Virus record (IMG/VR): IMGVR_UViG_3300015242_000020
Span: 32,001-96,000 of that record
Direction: 5' to 3' (one strand)
Length of the DNA: 64,000 bases
Source of the DNA: a virus
The position numbers were made by a program, and so were the translations under genes. This document shows positions 45,715-54,367 of this stretch, in pieces. Numbering within the stretch: position 1 is the stretch's first letter; every line of letters begins with the position of its first letter. The notes under the pieces are model-generated. The model saw only the letters and a list, made by a program, of their open reading frames with translations, searched no databases and was not told the origin of the DNA.

Positions 45715-46216
45715 GCTGCCTCCGGGCCTTGACCCGGGCGATTACCCGGGCGCGGTCATGATCGGCGAAGTGGATGGCCAGGTGGTCCAGATAGTCCGGG
45801 AGCGCCAGCAGCGCACCGGTCTGGGTGCGCATCATCGGCGGGCCGTCCTGCGGCTCGTCAGACTCTCCCGGTGATTCCTCGGCGCCAGGATCACCCATGC
45901 CGTGATCGGCATCCGGACCGATCGGGCCCGCACCCCCGCCGGCAGAGGCAGCGTTGGGGTCGGCAGGAGCCGTGGGGTCTTGACCGGGCACCTGCTGGCC
46001 CTGGTCATTGAGCTGTGGCTCGCCAGCGTTGAGTTGGTCGGGCTCTTGCGGCATCGCCGGAAACTGCGGCTGGATCCGGACCGTGTAGCTGCGCTGGCAG
46101 AAGCCACAGTGGATCGAGCCGTCGGAGGTGCCGTTCAGGTTGCCACTCCCGCACCATGGGCAGTGTGCAGTGACCGCATCGTCGTCGGATTCGTGCGCAA
46201 TCTTGAGGCTAGCCAT
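45707..46216 (-). CDS. Zinc-ribbon protein
   Basis: HCPWCGSG...CGFC. Confidence 0.6.
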   Translation of the reverse strand: MASLKIAHESDDDAVTAHCPWCGSGNLNGTSDGSIHCGFCQRSYTVRIQPQFPAMPQEPDQLNAGEPQLNDQGQQVPGQDPTAPADPNAASAGGGAGPIGPDADHGMGDPGAEESPGESDEPQDGPPMMRTQTGALLALPDYLDHLAIHFADHDRARVIARVKARRQRG

Positions 46217-46703
46217 CGTCCCCGTCCGGGTCGTAGTGGGCGGCGTTGCGCAGCAGTAGTGCCGAGGCCAGGGAGACCACCTGGTCCTGCTCCTCGGTGT
46301 CCAGTACGGCCATCACCGGTGCCAGAGAGGGGTCAGAGCGCACCCGGCCGGCCACAAAGTCAGCGGCCTCCTCCGCGATCGTGGCCAGGTCATCGAGTAC
46401 CCCGGCCTCCCCGAGCGCATGGATCAGGCCCTCCTCACCGGAGGAAGCCACCGTCTCCCGGACGGCAGTCACCGAGATCGGGGGTGGCGCATCCAGTGAG
46501 TCGGCCAGGAGCGAGCGCTCAACGGCCTCTGTGGCCATCAGCTGACCGAGGGAAAGGTATTGCACCCGGCCGGCCGCTTTCCCGGTGGAAAACAGCACGT
46601 GGCCGCCATCCCCGGAGATGGACAGCAGCCGGCCGCAGTCGTTGGCCCGCAGCACTCCCTGCGGCCCTCCGACGTAGCGGACCCGGGCACCTTCGATGAG
46701 CAT
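46209..46703 (-). CDS. Hypothetical protein
   Basis: Start revised to MLIEG (TGATG coupling). Confidence 0.55.
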   Translation of the reverse strand: MLIEGARVRYVGGPQGVLRANDCGRLLSISGDGGHVLFSTGKAAGRVQYLSLGQLMATEAVERSLLADSLDAPPPISVTAVRETVASSGEEGLIHALGEAGVLDDLATIAEEAADFVAGRVRSDPSLAPVMAVLDTEEQDQVVSLASALLLRNAAHYDPDGDDG

Positions 46704-48778
46704 CAGGCCCGTACCAGCTCCGGATGGGCCCGGATGGTCTGGGTGGCTACCGCGACGCACTGTCGCAGCGTCAGGCTGGGATTGGAGGCCAGCACGTCGG
46801 AGGCGATCTGGTCGATCTTCTCCATCGGGCTCTGGTACTTGGCTCCGGTGGTGGCCGGGGTGTTGGCCTGGGAGAAATCATCGGAGGGGGAGGGGAGTGG
46901 CGCCATCGAGGTGCCATCGGCTGCCGCACCGGACTCCAGCGCCGGATTCGGCAGCGCATCCCCGAGCTGCCCACCACTGGAGGTGTCGCCGAACTGGCTG
47001 GAGGCATCAGGGGTCAGACCCAGCTGGCCAGGGTCATCATCAGGGGAGGGCATCGTGCCCATGGAGGCCGGGTTGCCCGGACCGTTGACCGTGAACGGGT
47101 TGTCAGCGGTGATGGTCAGCGTGGTCGGCACCTGCCAGGTCAGGTTGGTGTTGCTGACGTTGGTCGCCGATCCGGTCATGATGGTGCTCACCACCGAGGG
47201 CTGACTGACCTTTAGCGACTCCTCGGCCACCAGCCACGGCGCGCTGGGCTTCAGCTCGTTGCCGTCGGCGGTGTTCTTCACCTCGGTGTCTCCCAGCGGT
47301 ACCCGATTGGCGTCGGTGTACTCGTCATGGATCCAGCCAGGCGTGGCCGGTGGATCAACATGCTGGTACCGGTCGGCACCGAAGGCGTCCTCGTTGAGCG
47401 CGACCGGATGGAAGGCACCCTCCTTGTCGAGGTAGCCCCAGTTCATGCCGGAGTGCTTAGACCACTCCATGGCCCGGAACGCCGCCTCGGCCTTCTCCTG
47501 CGAGTCGTGGTGGGAGAGCACTTTGCCGGTGCCCTTCTGGGTGATCACCCACTCATCGCCACGCTTCTCGATGTACTGATTGGCCGACTTCAGCAGCGCA
47601 TGTACGAGGTTGCGGCCGACCAACTCCTCGACCCGGGCGCGGGCTTCCTCCTTCGTGGGGTGGGTGCCCATCACCTGCGGGATGCCATGCTCATTGATGA
47701 TCGCCGAGTGCCAGCCATCGCCCGGCTTGGCCTCGGCCACCCGGGGGGCGCGACCCAGCTTGTTGCCGTGCACGTCGTAGAGGGCGTCCCCGTTCCAGGT
47801 CATCCAGTTCTCCGCTCGCGCGGTCTTGGTGGCCTGGCGTCCCTGCTCCTGCACGGCGGCCGGTGCCGGCTCTCCGTGGTGGCGTTCGGCCTTCTCGGCG
47901 GCATCGGGCACATTGGCGTACAGCGCCGCCTGCTGCGCGAGTGCCTGCGCCTTGGTCGGGTGGGTGCCCTTGACGTCACCGATCGCATTGACCACCTTGA
48001 ACTTCCCGGCGTCCTCACGGACGTAGTACGGCGCGTTGTCTGAGGTGACCTGTAGCGAGCCCTGCACGTAGGGGTCGGGGTCGGCCGGCTCGGAGTGGTC
48101 GTCATACCAGCCCGGGTTCATCTTCTGATCCTGGGCGGCCTCCTGGCCCTTCTCTACGCCGCTCTGGTAGTCGGGGTGACCACCGTGCTCGGCCAGGCCG
48201 GCGTTGTCGTCGTAGAGACCGTCCTCGTAGCCGGAGTCATACCGGGCCTGGTCGAATGGATGCTGCACGTCGGAGGGATCGATCTCCCCGTCGGCCTCAA
48301 CCGTAAAATTTGGCTCCCGCCCCAGCGCCAGGGAGTACAGCTCGGTGAGATCGGCCAGGTCGACCGGGTCAGTGCTGGCCAGCGCCAGTGCCTCGATCTC
48401 CTCGGCGAGTGCCTCGGCAATCTCACCCCGAGTGGCGAGCTGATGCAGCGGCCCATCCTCATCGGCCCAGTCAGCGGCCAGGGTCTTGATCCGGGCGTCC
48501 ACCTTGGCCTGCAGCAGCAGGCCGTGGTCCTCCTTCAGGGAGGTGCGCACCTGATCCAGTAGCGCGGTGTCCTCCGGGGAGACCTGTGCCACCGCCTCGG
48601 TGACCCGGTCGGCCACCAGCATGTACCGGGCGTCGTACTCTCCGGGCGATCCGGCGGCGGCCAGGAATGCCCACGCCACCTGCTGGGCGGCGACCTTGGC
48701 CATGGCGTACACGCGCTGGTTCTGCTCGGCGGCGACATCGGTGGCTGCCGTGCTCCACATCATCTCGCTGGCGTCCAT
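46703..48778 (-). CDS. Large multidomain head-region protein
   Basis: Three G.H.T/S..A repeats; RBS AAGGAG. Confidence 0.65.
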   Translation of the reverse strand: MDASEMMWSTAATDVAAEQNQRVYAMAKVAAQQVAWAFLAAAGSPGEYDARYMLVADRVTEAVAQVSPEDTALLDQVRTSLKEDHGLLLQAKVDARIKTLAADWADEDGPLHQLATRGEIAEALAEEIEALALASTDPVDLADLTELYSLALGREPNFTVEADGEIDPSDVQHPFDQARYDSGYEDGLYDDNAGLAEHGGHPDYQSGVEKGQEAAQDQKMNPGWYDDHSEPADPDPYVQGSLQVTSDNAPYYVREDAGKFKVVNAIGDVKGTHPTKAQALAQQAALYANVPDAAEKAERHHGEPAPAAVQEQGRQATKTARAENWMTWNGDALYDVHGNKLGRAPRVAEAKPGDGWHSAIINEHGIPQVMGTHPTKEEARARVEELVGRNLVHALLKSANQYIEKRGDEWVITQKGTGKVLSHHDSQEKAEAAFRAMEWSKHSGMNWGYLDKEGAFHPVALNEDAFGADRYQHVDPPATPGWIHDEYTDANRVPLGDTEVKNTADGNELKPSAPWLVAEESLKVSQPSVVSTIMTGSATNVSNTNLTWQVPTTLTITADNPFTVNGPGNPASMGTMPSPDDDPGQLGLTPDASSQFGDTSSGGQLGDALPNPALESGAAADGTSMAPLPSPSDDFSQANTPATTGAKYQSPMEKIDQIASDVLASNPSLTLRQCVAVATQTIRAHPELVRA

Positions 48779-48807
48779 GCGGGGTTACTCCTTGTGTGAT
48801 GTGGGGA

Positions 48808-50829
48808 TCAGGCGTCCATGCCGACGTAGACCTCGCGTACCGGGGTCTGTACGTAGTCCTCGCTGGCGATCTCGGCGGCGATGACCATCAGGTCGCCATC
48901 CACCCAGATCGTGCCGCTACGGCTCGCTGAAGCCGCCAGCTCGTGGTCCCGGGAAGCGGTGGCGATCATCTGGTCGGTGCGGGCGTCATACAGGCTGGCC
49001 TTGGTGGCTCCGGGGGTTTCCGGGCTGCTCATCGTCTGCGGGTCGCCATCAGGGGCGTCGGGCCACTCACCCTCATCGCCGGGCCCGAGGGAGACCGAGT
49101 CGTTGGGGTCTGCGATCGGGGTGAAGTCCACACCGGAATTCAGTCCATCGGGCTCCGGGGTGACGGCGGTCTTCGCGCTGTTGTTGCGAATGGACTCGTT
49201 GTTGGCCTGCCCGCTCCAGGGCGACGACGCCATATCGACCTTCCAGTTCGCGTTAGCTGCCTCATCGGCGTTGCGGAACTGGCTGCGCACCTTCTGGATC
49301 GCATGCTCAGGACCGTGTCCGGCCGGTACGGAGACTGTCTCGGAGTGCTTGGCGCCGGAGGGATGGGTGAACGAGACCTGGTACTGGCGACCGGCACCAC
49401 TGGGACTGTTGGCGCTGACTTCCTCATCGTTGGCCTCACCGCTCCACGGAGAGGCAGCGGCGGCCTTCGGCGCCGACATCGACTGGGTGGCCTTGACGAA
49501 CCGGCCGGAGTCGAACTTGGGGTTTCCCTGGGCGAAGTGATCGGCGAAGTGCTTGGCGACGGAGTCCTTGTCGCCCGGGTAGGAGGCGATCGCGTTCGCC
49601 ACGTGCTGGTAGTGGCCCCGGCTGTAGTTGGCCGTGCCAACGCCGCCACGCACCTGGTATCCCTTGGACCCGGCGGCCTGCTGAAACTGGTCGCGGCGGT
49701 AGTGCGGGTTGGTGCCCATCAGGTGGTCAGCGAAGTGCTTGGCCAGCTGGTCGCGCTCGGGGTGGGTGGCAATCGTCGAGGCCAGGTCCTCGTAGTGCCG
49801 GCGAGCCCAGGCCACGGCGAGCCGCTCCATCAAGGCTTGGCGCTTGGCGCCCATCGAACGCACCGTGCCCGAGGGAGGCAGCACGGTCGGGCTGGCTGGG
49901 GTGTTGTCCACCGTCGGGGTGGCATCGCCGGAGTCACCGGCGTTGTTCTCCACGGCCGAGTCCGAGATCGGGTCGCCGCCACCGTCACCGGCCGGTTCGT
50001 TGCCCTCACCGAGGGAGAGGTTGTCGCTCGGGTCGGAGTGGGCCACCTCAGCGTCACCGGTGGGGGCCGGTGCGTTGATGTCATCCATCGGCTCGGATTC
50101 CACCAGCGGGGCGGTGATGGTGTCGTTGTTCGGGGTGGTGAGCATGTCGTTGGCGACCGTGTGGCCGGCCAGGTGACCCACGTGGTCCAGAAAGGTGCGC
50201 TGGGCAACCCCGGCGTCCTCACCGAACTGGCTGGCCAAGTGCGCAGACATGCCGATCGCCTGGATAGCGAACTCCTCATGGTCGTCCCGGATCGCCTGGG
50301 CGGTGCGGGTGAACCACATGCTGGCCTCGGCGACCATCTTCTGGTCGCGCTCCATCGCGGTGTGCTCCGGCGCCTCCACATCCATGATCCAGTCCGAGGC
50401 CATCGAGGTGCGGATGGTGCCCGGGTTGGGGTTGTGGCTCCAGCGGTCCTGCGGCGCCTGGCTTTCGAAGTTCAGGCTGGCCTCATACCGCTGGGTGCTG
50501 ATCCGCTCACTGCGGAGGTTCTCCAGCTCGGCGGCCAGGGTGCGCTGGGTCTGCAGGGTGGACGCGGCGGCCATGGCCTGCAGCAGGTCTACCTCCCGCT
50601 GCCGTGGCGAGATAGTTGTATCCGCCGCCTGCTCGGTGGACGCGGTCTTCTGCGGGGCACTTTGCATGCTCTGCTCCTGAGATTGAGCCATCTGCCGGCG
50701 GATTTTCTTCTGGTCACTGGAGGGGGCCCGACGGATGACCGACGGCAGCCGGCCACCCATGGGCTCGAACGTGGGCTCGTCCTCGGGGTCGACCCGCTTG
50801 GAGCGCGCTGCCACGTGGTGCTTGCCCAC
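48808..50829 (-). CDS. Large multidomain head-region protein
   Basis: Tandem HY...A..IA...LAKHFADH...NP.F/Y repeats; late-type element upstream. Confidence 0.65.
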   Translation of the reverse strand: MGKHHVAARSKRVDPEDEPTFEPMGGRLPSVIRRAPSSDQKKIRRQMAQSQEQSMQSAPQKTASTEQAADTTISPRQREVDLLQAMAAASTLQTQRTLAAELENLRSERISTQRYEASLNFESQAPQDRWSHNPNPGTIRTSMASDWIMDVEAPEHTAMERDQKMVAEASMWFTRTAQAIRDDHEEFAIQAIGMSAHLASQFGEDAGVAQRTFLDHVGHLAGHTVANDMLTTPNNDTITAPLVESEPMDDINAPAPTGDAEVAHSDPSDNLSLGEGNEPAGDGGGDPISDSAVENNAGDSGDATPTVDNTPASPTVLPPSGTVRSMGAKRQALMERLAVAWARRHYEDLASTIATHPERDQLAKHFADHLMGTNPHYRRDQFQQAAGSKGYQVRGGVGTANYSRGHYQHVANAIASYPGDKDSVAKHFADHFAQGNPKFDSGRFVKATQSMSAPKAAAASPWSGEANDEEVSANSPSGAGRQYQVSFTHPSGAKHSETVSVPAGHGPEHAIQKVRSQFRNADEAANANWKVDMASSPWSGQANNESIRNNSAKTAVTPEPDGLNSGVDFTPIADPNDSVSLGPGDEGEWPDAPDGDPQTMSSPETPGATKASLYDARTDQMIATASRDHELAASASRSGTIWVDGDLMVIAAEIASEDYVQTPVREVYVGMDA

Positions 50830-50853
50830 AAACCCTCCATCCCGAGCCGCCTC

Positions 50854-50891
50854 TTACCTCTTACGACCAGCAGCCCCGCTACCCAACAGGG
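50854..50891 (-). promoter_or_regulatory. Late-promoter-like element (overlaps hairpin 50868-50905)
   Basis: CCCTGT-N21-GTAAGAGGTAA. Confidence 0.6.
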
Positions 50892-50928
50892 CAACGGGGC
50901 TGCTGATGCGAGAGGCGCTTCGACGGCA

Positions 50929-51147
50929 TTACCTCTTCAGGGTGTGCGGGGCGAACTCCATCAGCCTGTAGTAGGCCCGTAACAGCTGCCGCTCATGGGT
51001 AGTGAACGCGGAGAAGCCGTCCTCCCGCTCGGCGTGGGAGACATAGGCGTTGGACCGCCGAAGGATCCAGGCGGCCTCGTTGACGGTGAGATGCAGCGAC
51101 TTGCGCTGGTCACGCAGGCTCGGCTTGGCAACGAGAGTGGTGGGCAT
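50929..51147 (-). CDS. XRE/Cro-type HTH DNA-binding protein
   Basis: LRDQRKSLHLTVNEAAWILRRSNAYVSHAER. Confidence 0.7.
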   Translation of the reverse strand: MPTTLVAKPSLRDQRKSLHLTVNEAAWILRRSNAYVSHAEREDGFSAFTTHERQLLRAYYRLMEFAPHTLKR

Positions 51148-51193
51148 GAATATCTCCTCCAGGGGATTGGTTTCTCCCCGACACTCTACCAGA

Positions 51194-51223
51194 ACGTTAT
51201 AAGAATCCTTAGGTTAGTGTCGG
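51194..51223 (-). promoter_or_regulatory. Promoter of HTH gene with operator box
   Basis: CCGACA-N18-TAACGT; CTAAGGATTCTTAT. Confidence 0.55.
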
Positions 51224-51600
51224 TCGGGGATCAGTCCTCGGTGGTAAAACTCCCGGCCCTGCAGAGCGAGCAGGTAGAGCCGGTTGCGGGAGGACGGATC
51301 GGCGAGCCGGTACTGCACACCCATGTCCTTGTTCGGGTGCTTGCGGTCCCTAGGCCGGAACACATAGCCGGTGGAGTTCTCCACGAAGCAGTAGATGGTG
51401 CCGCCGTGCTCAGCGAAGGATCCCTCCGGGGTGAGCGGTACCCGAGCGATCCGGGTGAACTTTCCCGGGTGTGGATCCGGCAAGTAGCGATACATCGGAC
51501 TGCCGGTAGCGGACCAGCACACCCTGATCGCGACCTCGGTGTTGAGATGACCGATGAAGTGCTCCACCACCTCCTCAACAGCCAGCACCCGGGAGGTCAC
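51214..51600 (-). CDS. Hypothetical protein
   Basis: YCFVE..TG.VFRP...KHP motif; start revised to GTG 51600. Confidence 0.55.
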   Translation of the reverse strand: MTSRVLAVEEVVEHFIGHLNTEVAIRVCWSATGSPMYRYLPDPHPGKFTRIARVPLTPEGSFAEHGGTIYCFVENSTGYVFRPRDRKHPNKDMGVQYRLADPSSRNRLYLLALQGREFYHRGLIPDRH

Positions 51601-52016
51601 AGCTCCTCCCACATCGTGGGTCGTTGGGTGTCCACCAGCACAGGCGCGCCGAAGGAGTCGGGGAGCTGCACGCCGGCCTCCGGAAACAGTCGATCTCGGT
51701 CGAAGCTCACCGTCACCTGCAGAGTGCGCACCGCCATCCTTGGCGGCCACCGGCGAGCAATCCTCCGACCCCACCAGCGATCGGCGTTGCGGTGTTTCCA
51801 CATCTGCCAGGTCGTGGCCGGAGTCTCCACTGTGGTCGACTCAGTGGTGCTGGCTCGCGCAAGGTGATCGGAGAGCACGTAGGCCCGCATCTGCAGCCGC
51901 AGCCGGCCCAGCTCATGACCCACCGTCTCCACCTTGATGTTTCTCAGCCCGGCCGGCAGGTCCACCTCGGCGCCCACTCGAACCTGGTTCATCAGGTGGG
52001 GTGAATCAAGATCCAT
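51597..52016 (-). CDS. Hypothetical protein
   Basis: PATTWQMWK motif; start revised. Confidence 0.55.
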   Translation of the reverse strand: MDLDSPHLMNQVRVGAEVDLPAGLRNIKVETVGHELGRLRLQMRAYVLSDHLARASTTESTTVETPATTWQMWKHRNADRWWGRRIARRWPPRMAVRTLQVTVSFDRDRLFPEAGVQLPDSFGAPVLVDTQRPTMWEEL

Positions 52017-52224
52017 AGATCGGCCCGTCCTCTCGTGGAAGTGGCTCCATCTCGATCGTGAGGGCGCCAGTCTGGAATTCGATAGTGACGGAGCGCACCT
52101 TGCCGACCAGAGCCACCTGCACGCCATCGGCAACCATGTTGACGCTCAGCTTCCGGCCGACGATCTCTTCTCGGGTCTGGTGGGCGGCCTCGACCTGCTG
52201 CAGAGAGATCCCGCCATCAGTCAT
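52006..52224 (-). CDS. Hypothetical protein
   Basis: Coupled ORF. Confidence 0.5.
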   Translation of the reverse strand: MTDGGISLQQVEAAHQTREEIVGRKLSVNMVADGVQVALVGKVRSVTIEFQTGALTIEMEPLPREDGPIYGS

Positions 52225-52463
52225 CAGGGAGACCGCTTCGGGAGGCCGTCGGTGGAGTACCGCGCGGTGGAGGCCCGGCGGGCATGGGAGGCGATCTCCC
52301 GGGCGCGAGAGAGCGGCTCACCGTCCCGGCGGCGGTCATGAGTCCGGATGATCGAGGCGTTGGGCCAAGTCCGGCCGGCCGCATCGAGATGATCCAGGTG
52401 CTCCTGCATCTCCGGCAGCAGGCAGACCGAGTCGTTGGTGGACTCCGCTCCGCAGCGCTTCAT
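52224..52463 (-). CDS. Hypothetical protein
   Basis: ATGA coupling. Confidence 0.45.
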   Translation of the reverse strand: MKRCGAESTNDSVCLLPEMQEHLDHLDAAGRTWPNASIIRTHDRRRDGEPLSRAREIASHARRASTARYSTDGLPKRSP

Positions 52464-52808
52464 GGCAGCCGCTCGAAGTGATAGTTCGGACCGCCCCAAG
52501 TCATTCCCCTCAAAACGACTCGATACCTTCCCAGGGCCACTGGCGGGCCAGCACCGGCTGCCAGGTCAGCATGGATCGAGCACTCCATCAGAGCGTCATC
52601 CAGGCGCTCCCGCAGCGGGTGCCGGAGGGTGAACTCGGTGTCGGTGAAGGTCACGATGTGCTCGGTCTCTCGATCGGCCAGGATCTCTGCGGCAGCACTC
52701 GGCCGAGGGCACTCAGGAGCAGCACAGACGATCAGACCCGTTGCCGGCCGAGATCTCCAGGGTCGGACCACAGCCGAGCGGGCACTCGCCCTCGATCGGG
52801 AAGCTCAT
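52460..52808 (-). pseudogene. Frameshifted hypothetical gene (Cys-rich)
   Basis: MSFPIEGECPLGCG frame joins GLIVCAAPECP frame if one G at 52737-52739 is removed. Confidence 0.55.
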
Positions 52809-52810
52809 GT

Positions 52811-53089
52811 CTATGTCCTCCACATCGGCGCCGAGGCGCGATAGCGGTAGTAGCCGATGTGTCCCGTGATGCCATCGTCATCGACACCGATGTCACTGTC
52901 TCCTTGGGCCACCTCGGTGCGGGTAACGACACCCTCACCGAGGGTGCAGTCGTTCTCCTGAGCGAACCTCACCAGCTCGTCGCGCACTAGATCCCGGTAG
53001 TGGGCGTCGGGATCGACCCGATCGGTGAACGCTAGATCCTTCGGGTCGATGATGCGCTGGCTGTAGGCCACGTCCGACATGCCCTTCAC
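52811..53089 (-). CDS. Hypothetical protein
   Basis: Coupled ORF. Confidence 0.5.
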   Translation of the reverse strand: MKGMSDVAYSQRIIDPKDLAFTDRVDPDAHYRDLVRDELVRFAQENDCTLGEGVVTRTEVAQGDSDIGVDDDGITGHIGYYRYRASAPMWRT

Positions 53090-53349
53090 AGAATGTCTCT
53101 TTCCTTGCGCTGGGTGCGCCTGTTGAACTCGGCCAGGATGCTGGCCACCATCGAGCGACTGGCCCGACGACGTAGCTCCCGAGCTGCGGGGGTGCCCAGC
53201 GAGGTCCTCTCGATCAGCTCGGCGGTGCGAGAGATCACCCGGCGCAGACAGGCGCGCTCATTGAGGCAGGTCCAGCCGTAGTCACCCTCGGGGGCGAAGG
53301 CCTTCACGCCAACCCGATGACATTTGCCGCACTCCCGGGCTTCAGCCAT
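53086..53349 (-). CDS. Small Cys-containing hypothetical protein
   Basis: CGKC...CLNERAC. Confidence 0.5.
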   Translation of the reverse strand: MAEARECGKCHRVGVKAFAPEGDYGWTCLNERACLRRVISRTAELIERTSLGTPAARELRRRASRSMVASILAEFNRRTQRKERDIL

Positions 53350-53520
53350 TGCCCTCATCCGCCCCCTCCACAATCAGATTCACGCAGCACGCCAGGCCCT
53401 CGCTGTGCGCGGCGCACATAGCATTTCCGCCGGGTGGATGAGTTGCCCGGAGGATGTCGATGACCTCCGGAGGCAAGGTTGTACCCAGGGCTCTCAATCT
53501 CTCGTCGAGGTCTTCAACGA

Positions 53521-53847
53521 TCATTGCTGTCGCCACCAGTCCAGGAATACCGCCGAAGCTTCGCCCATCGTGCGCTCGCGTTCAGCCGGATCGCGACTAG
53601 TCAGGTAGGCAATCACCTCGGGGTCGGCGTGATCGGGGTTGAAGGATAGATCTATGACCTCATCCTGGTTCGGCAGACCGAGCATGAATGGCCCGGCCGG
53701 ATAGCCAGCGGAGAGCAGGCGCTGATAGAGGCCGTGTGCCTCGATGACATCGGTGATCGCACCGTCAGGCGCGAATACCTCGACTCGGTCGGTCGGAGAG
53801 ATCACGAAGCCAATCCAGTGCTCGGACTCGACATATTCAGTGGTCAT
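53521..53847 (-). CDS. Hypothetical protein
   Basis: Coupled ORF. Confidence 0.5.
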   Translation of the reverse strand: MTTEYVESEHWIGFVISPTDRVEVFAPDGAITDVIEAHGLYQRLLSAGYPAGPFMLGLPNQDEVIDLSFNPDHADPEVIAYLTSRDPAERERTMGEASAVFLDWWRQQ

Positions 53848-53968
53848 CAGTAGTCACCGCGCCGGATAGCCAAGAGGAGCCCCACGACGATGTAGATGAG
53901 CATCCCGAGCACCAGTAAGTCCCCACCGTAGACGAGCGCCTGCTGCACCCACAGTGGCGGCAGCGTGG

Positions 53969-54250
53969 TCATTTGGTGATCGCCGCGACCATGGCGGTCA
54001 TCAGGCCAATCAGAAAGGTGGCACCGAAGATGAACAGCAGGCCGACGAATACAGTGCCGGCCGCCTCGAACGCGCTCCGCAGACCGGACTCACCCTCGTC
54101 GCGCCCCCGCGAGCCCACTCCGGCGATGAGCACCTTGGCTCCGATGATAATCAGTATGACGGCGCCGAACGCACCGCCCAGGCCGATCAGGTAGTGGCTG
54201 ACGGTGGTCAGAAAGTGGTTCGGATCGGCGGTGGCGGCGAGGTAGCGCAT
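53969..54250 (-). CDS. Two-TM membrane protein, TrbC/VirB2-pilin-like
   Basis: Two hydrophobic helices with a G.L..FGA pattern. Confidence 0.5.
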   Translation of the reverse strand: MRYLAATADPNHFLTTVSHYLIGLGGAFGAVILIIIGAKVLIAGVGSRGRDEGESGLRSAFEAAGTVFVGLLFIFGATFLIGLMTAMVAAITK

Positions 54251-54282
54251 GGTGTGCTCCAGTCATCAGGGTGTTACGAGGG

Positions 54283-54311
54283 ATTCTAAGGATTCTCAGT
54301 AGCGCTGTCTA
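54283..54311 (-). promoter_or_regulatory. SigA-like promoter with operator box
   Basis: TAGACA-N17-TAGAAT; CTGAGAATCCTTAG. Confidence 0.75.
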
Positions 54312-54367
54312 CTGCCTTGGGTCGCCACCACTGCGGGTCATCGGGACTCGGCGTACGGGTCGGTCAT

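Noticed and set aside
1190-50982. Long plus-strand ORFs (e.g. 1190-2893, 22914-24416, 30224-31660, 48943-50982)
   Set aside because: They are antisense shadows of high-GC minus-strand genes that have recognisable motifs; the shadows have none.
51199-51220. IdeR/DtxR or LexA box as the identity of the palindromes
   Set aside because: The consensus differs from TTAGGTTAGGCTAACCTAA and TCGAAC-N4-GTTCGA; only a partial chance match.
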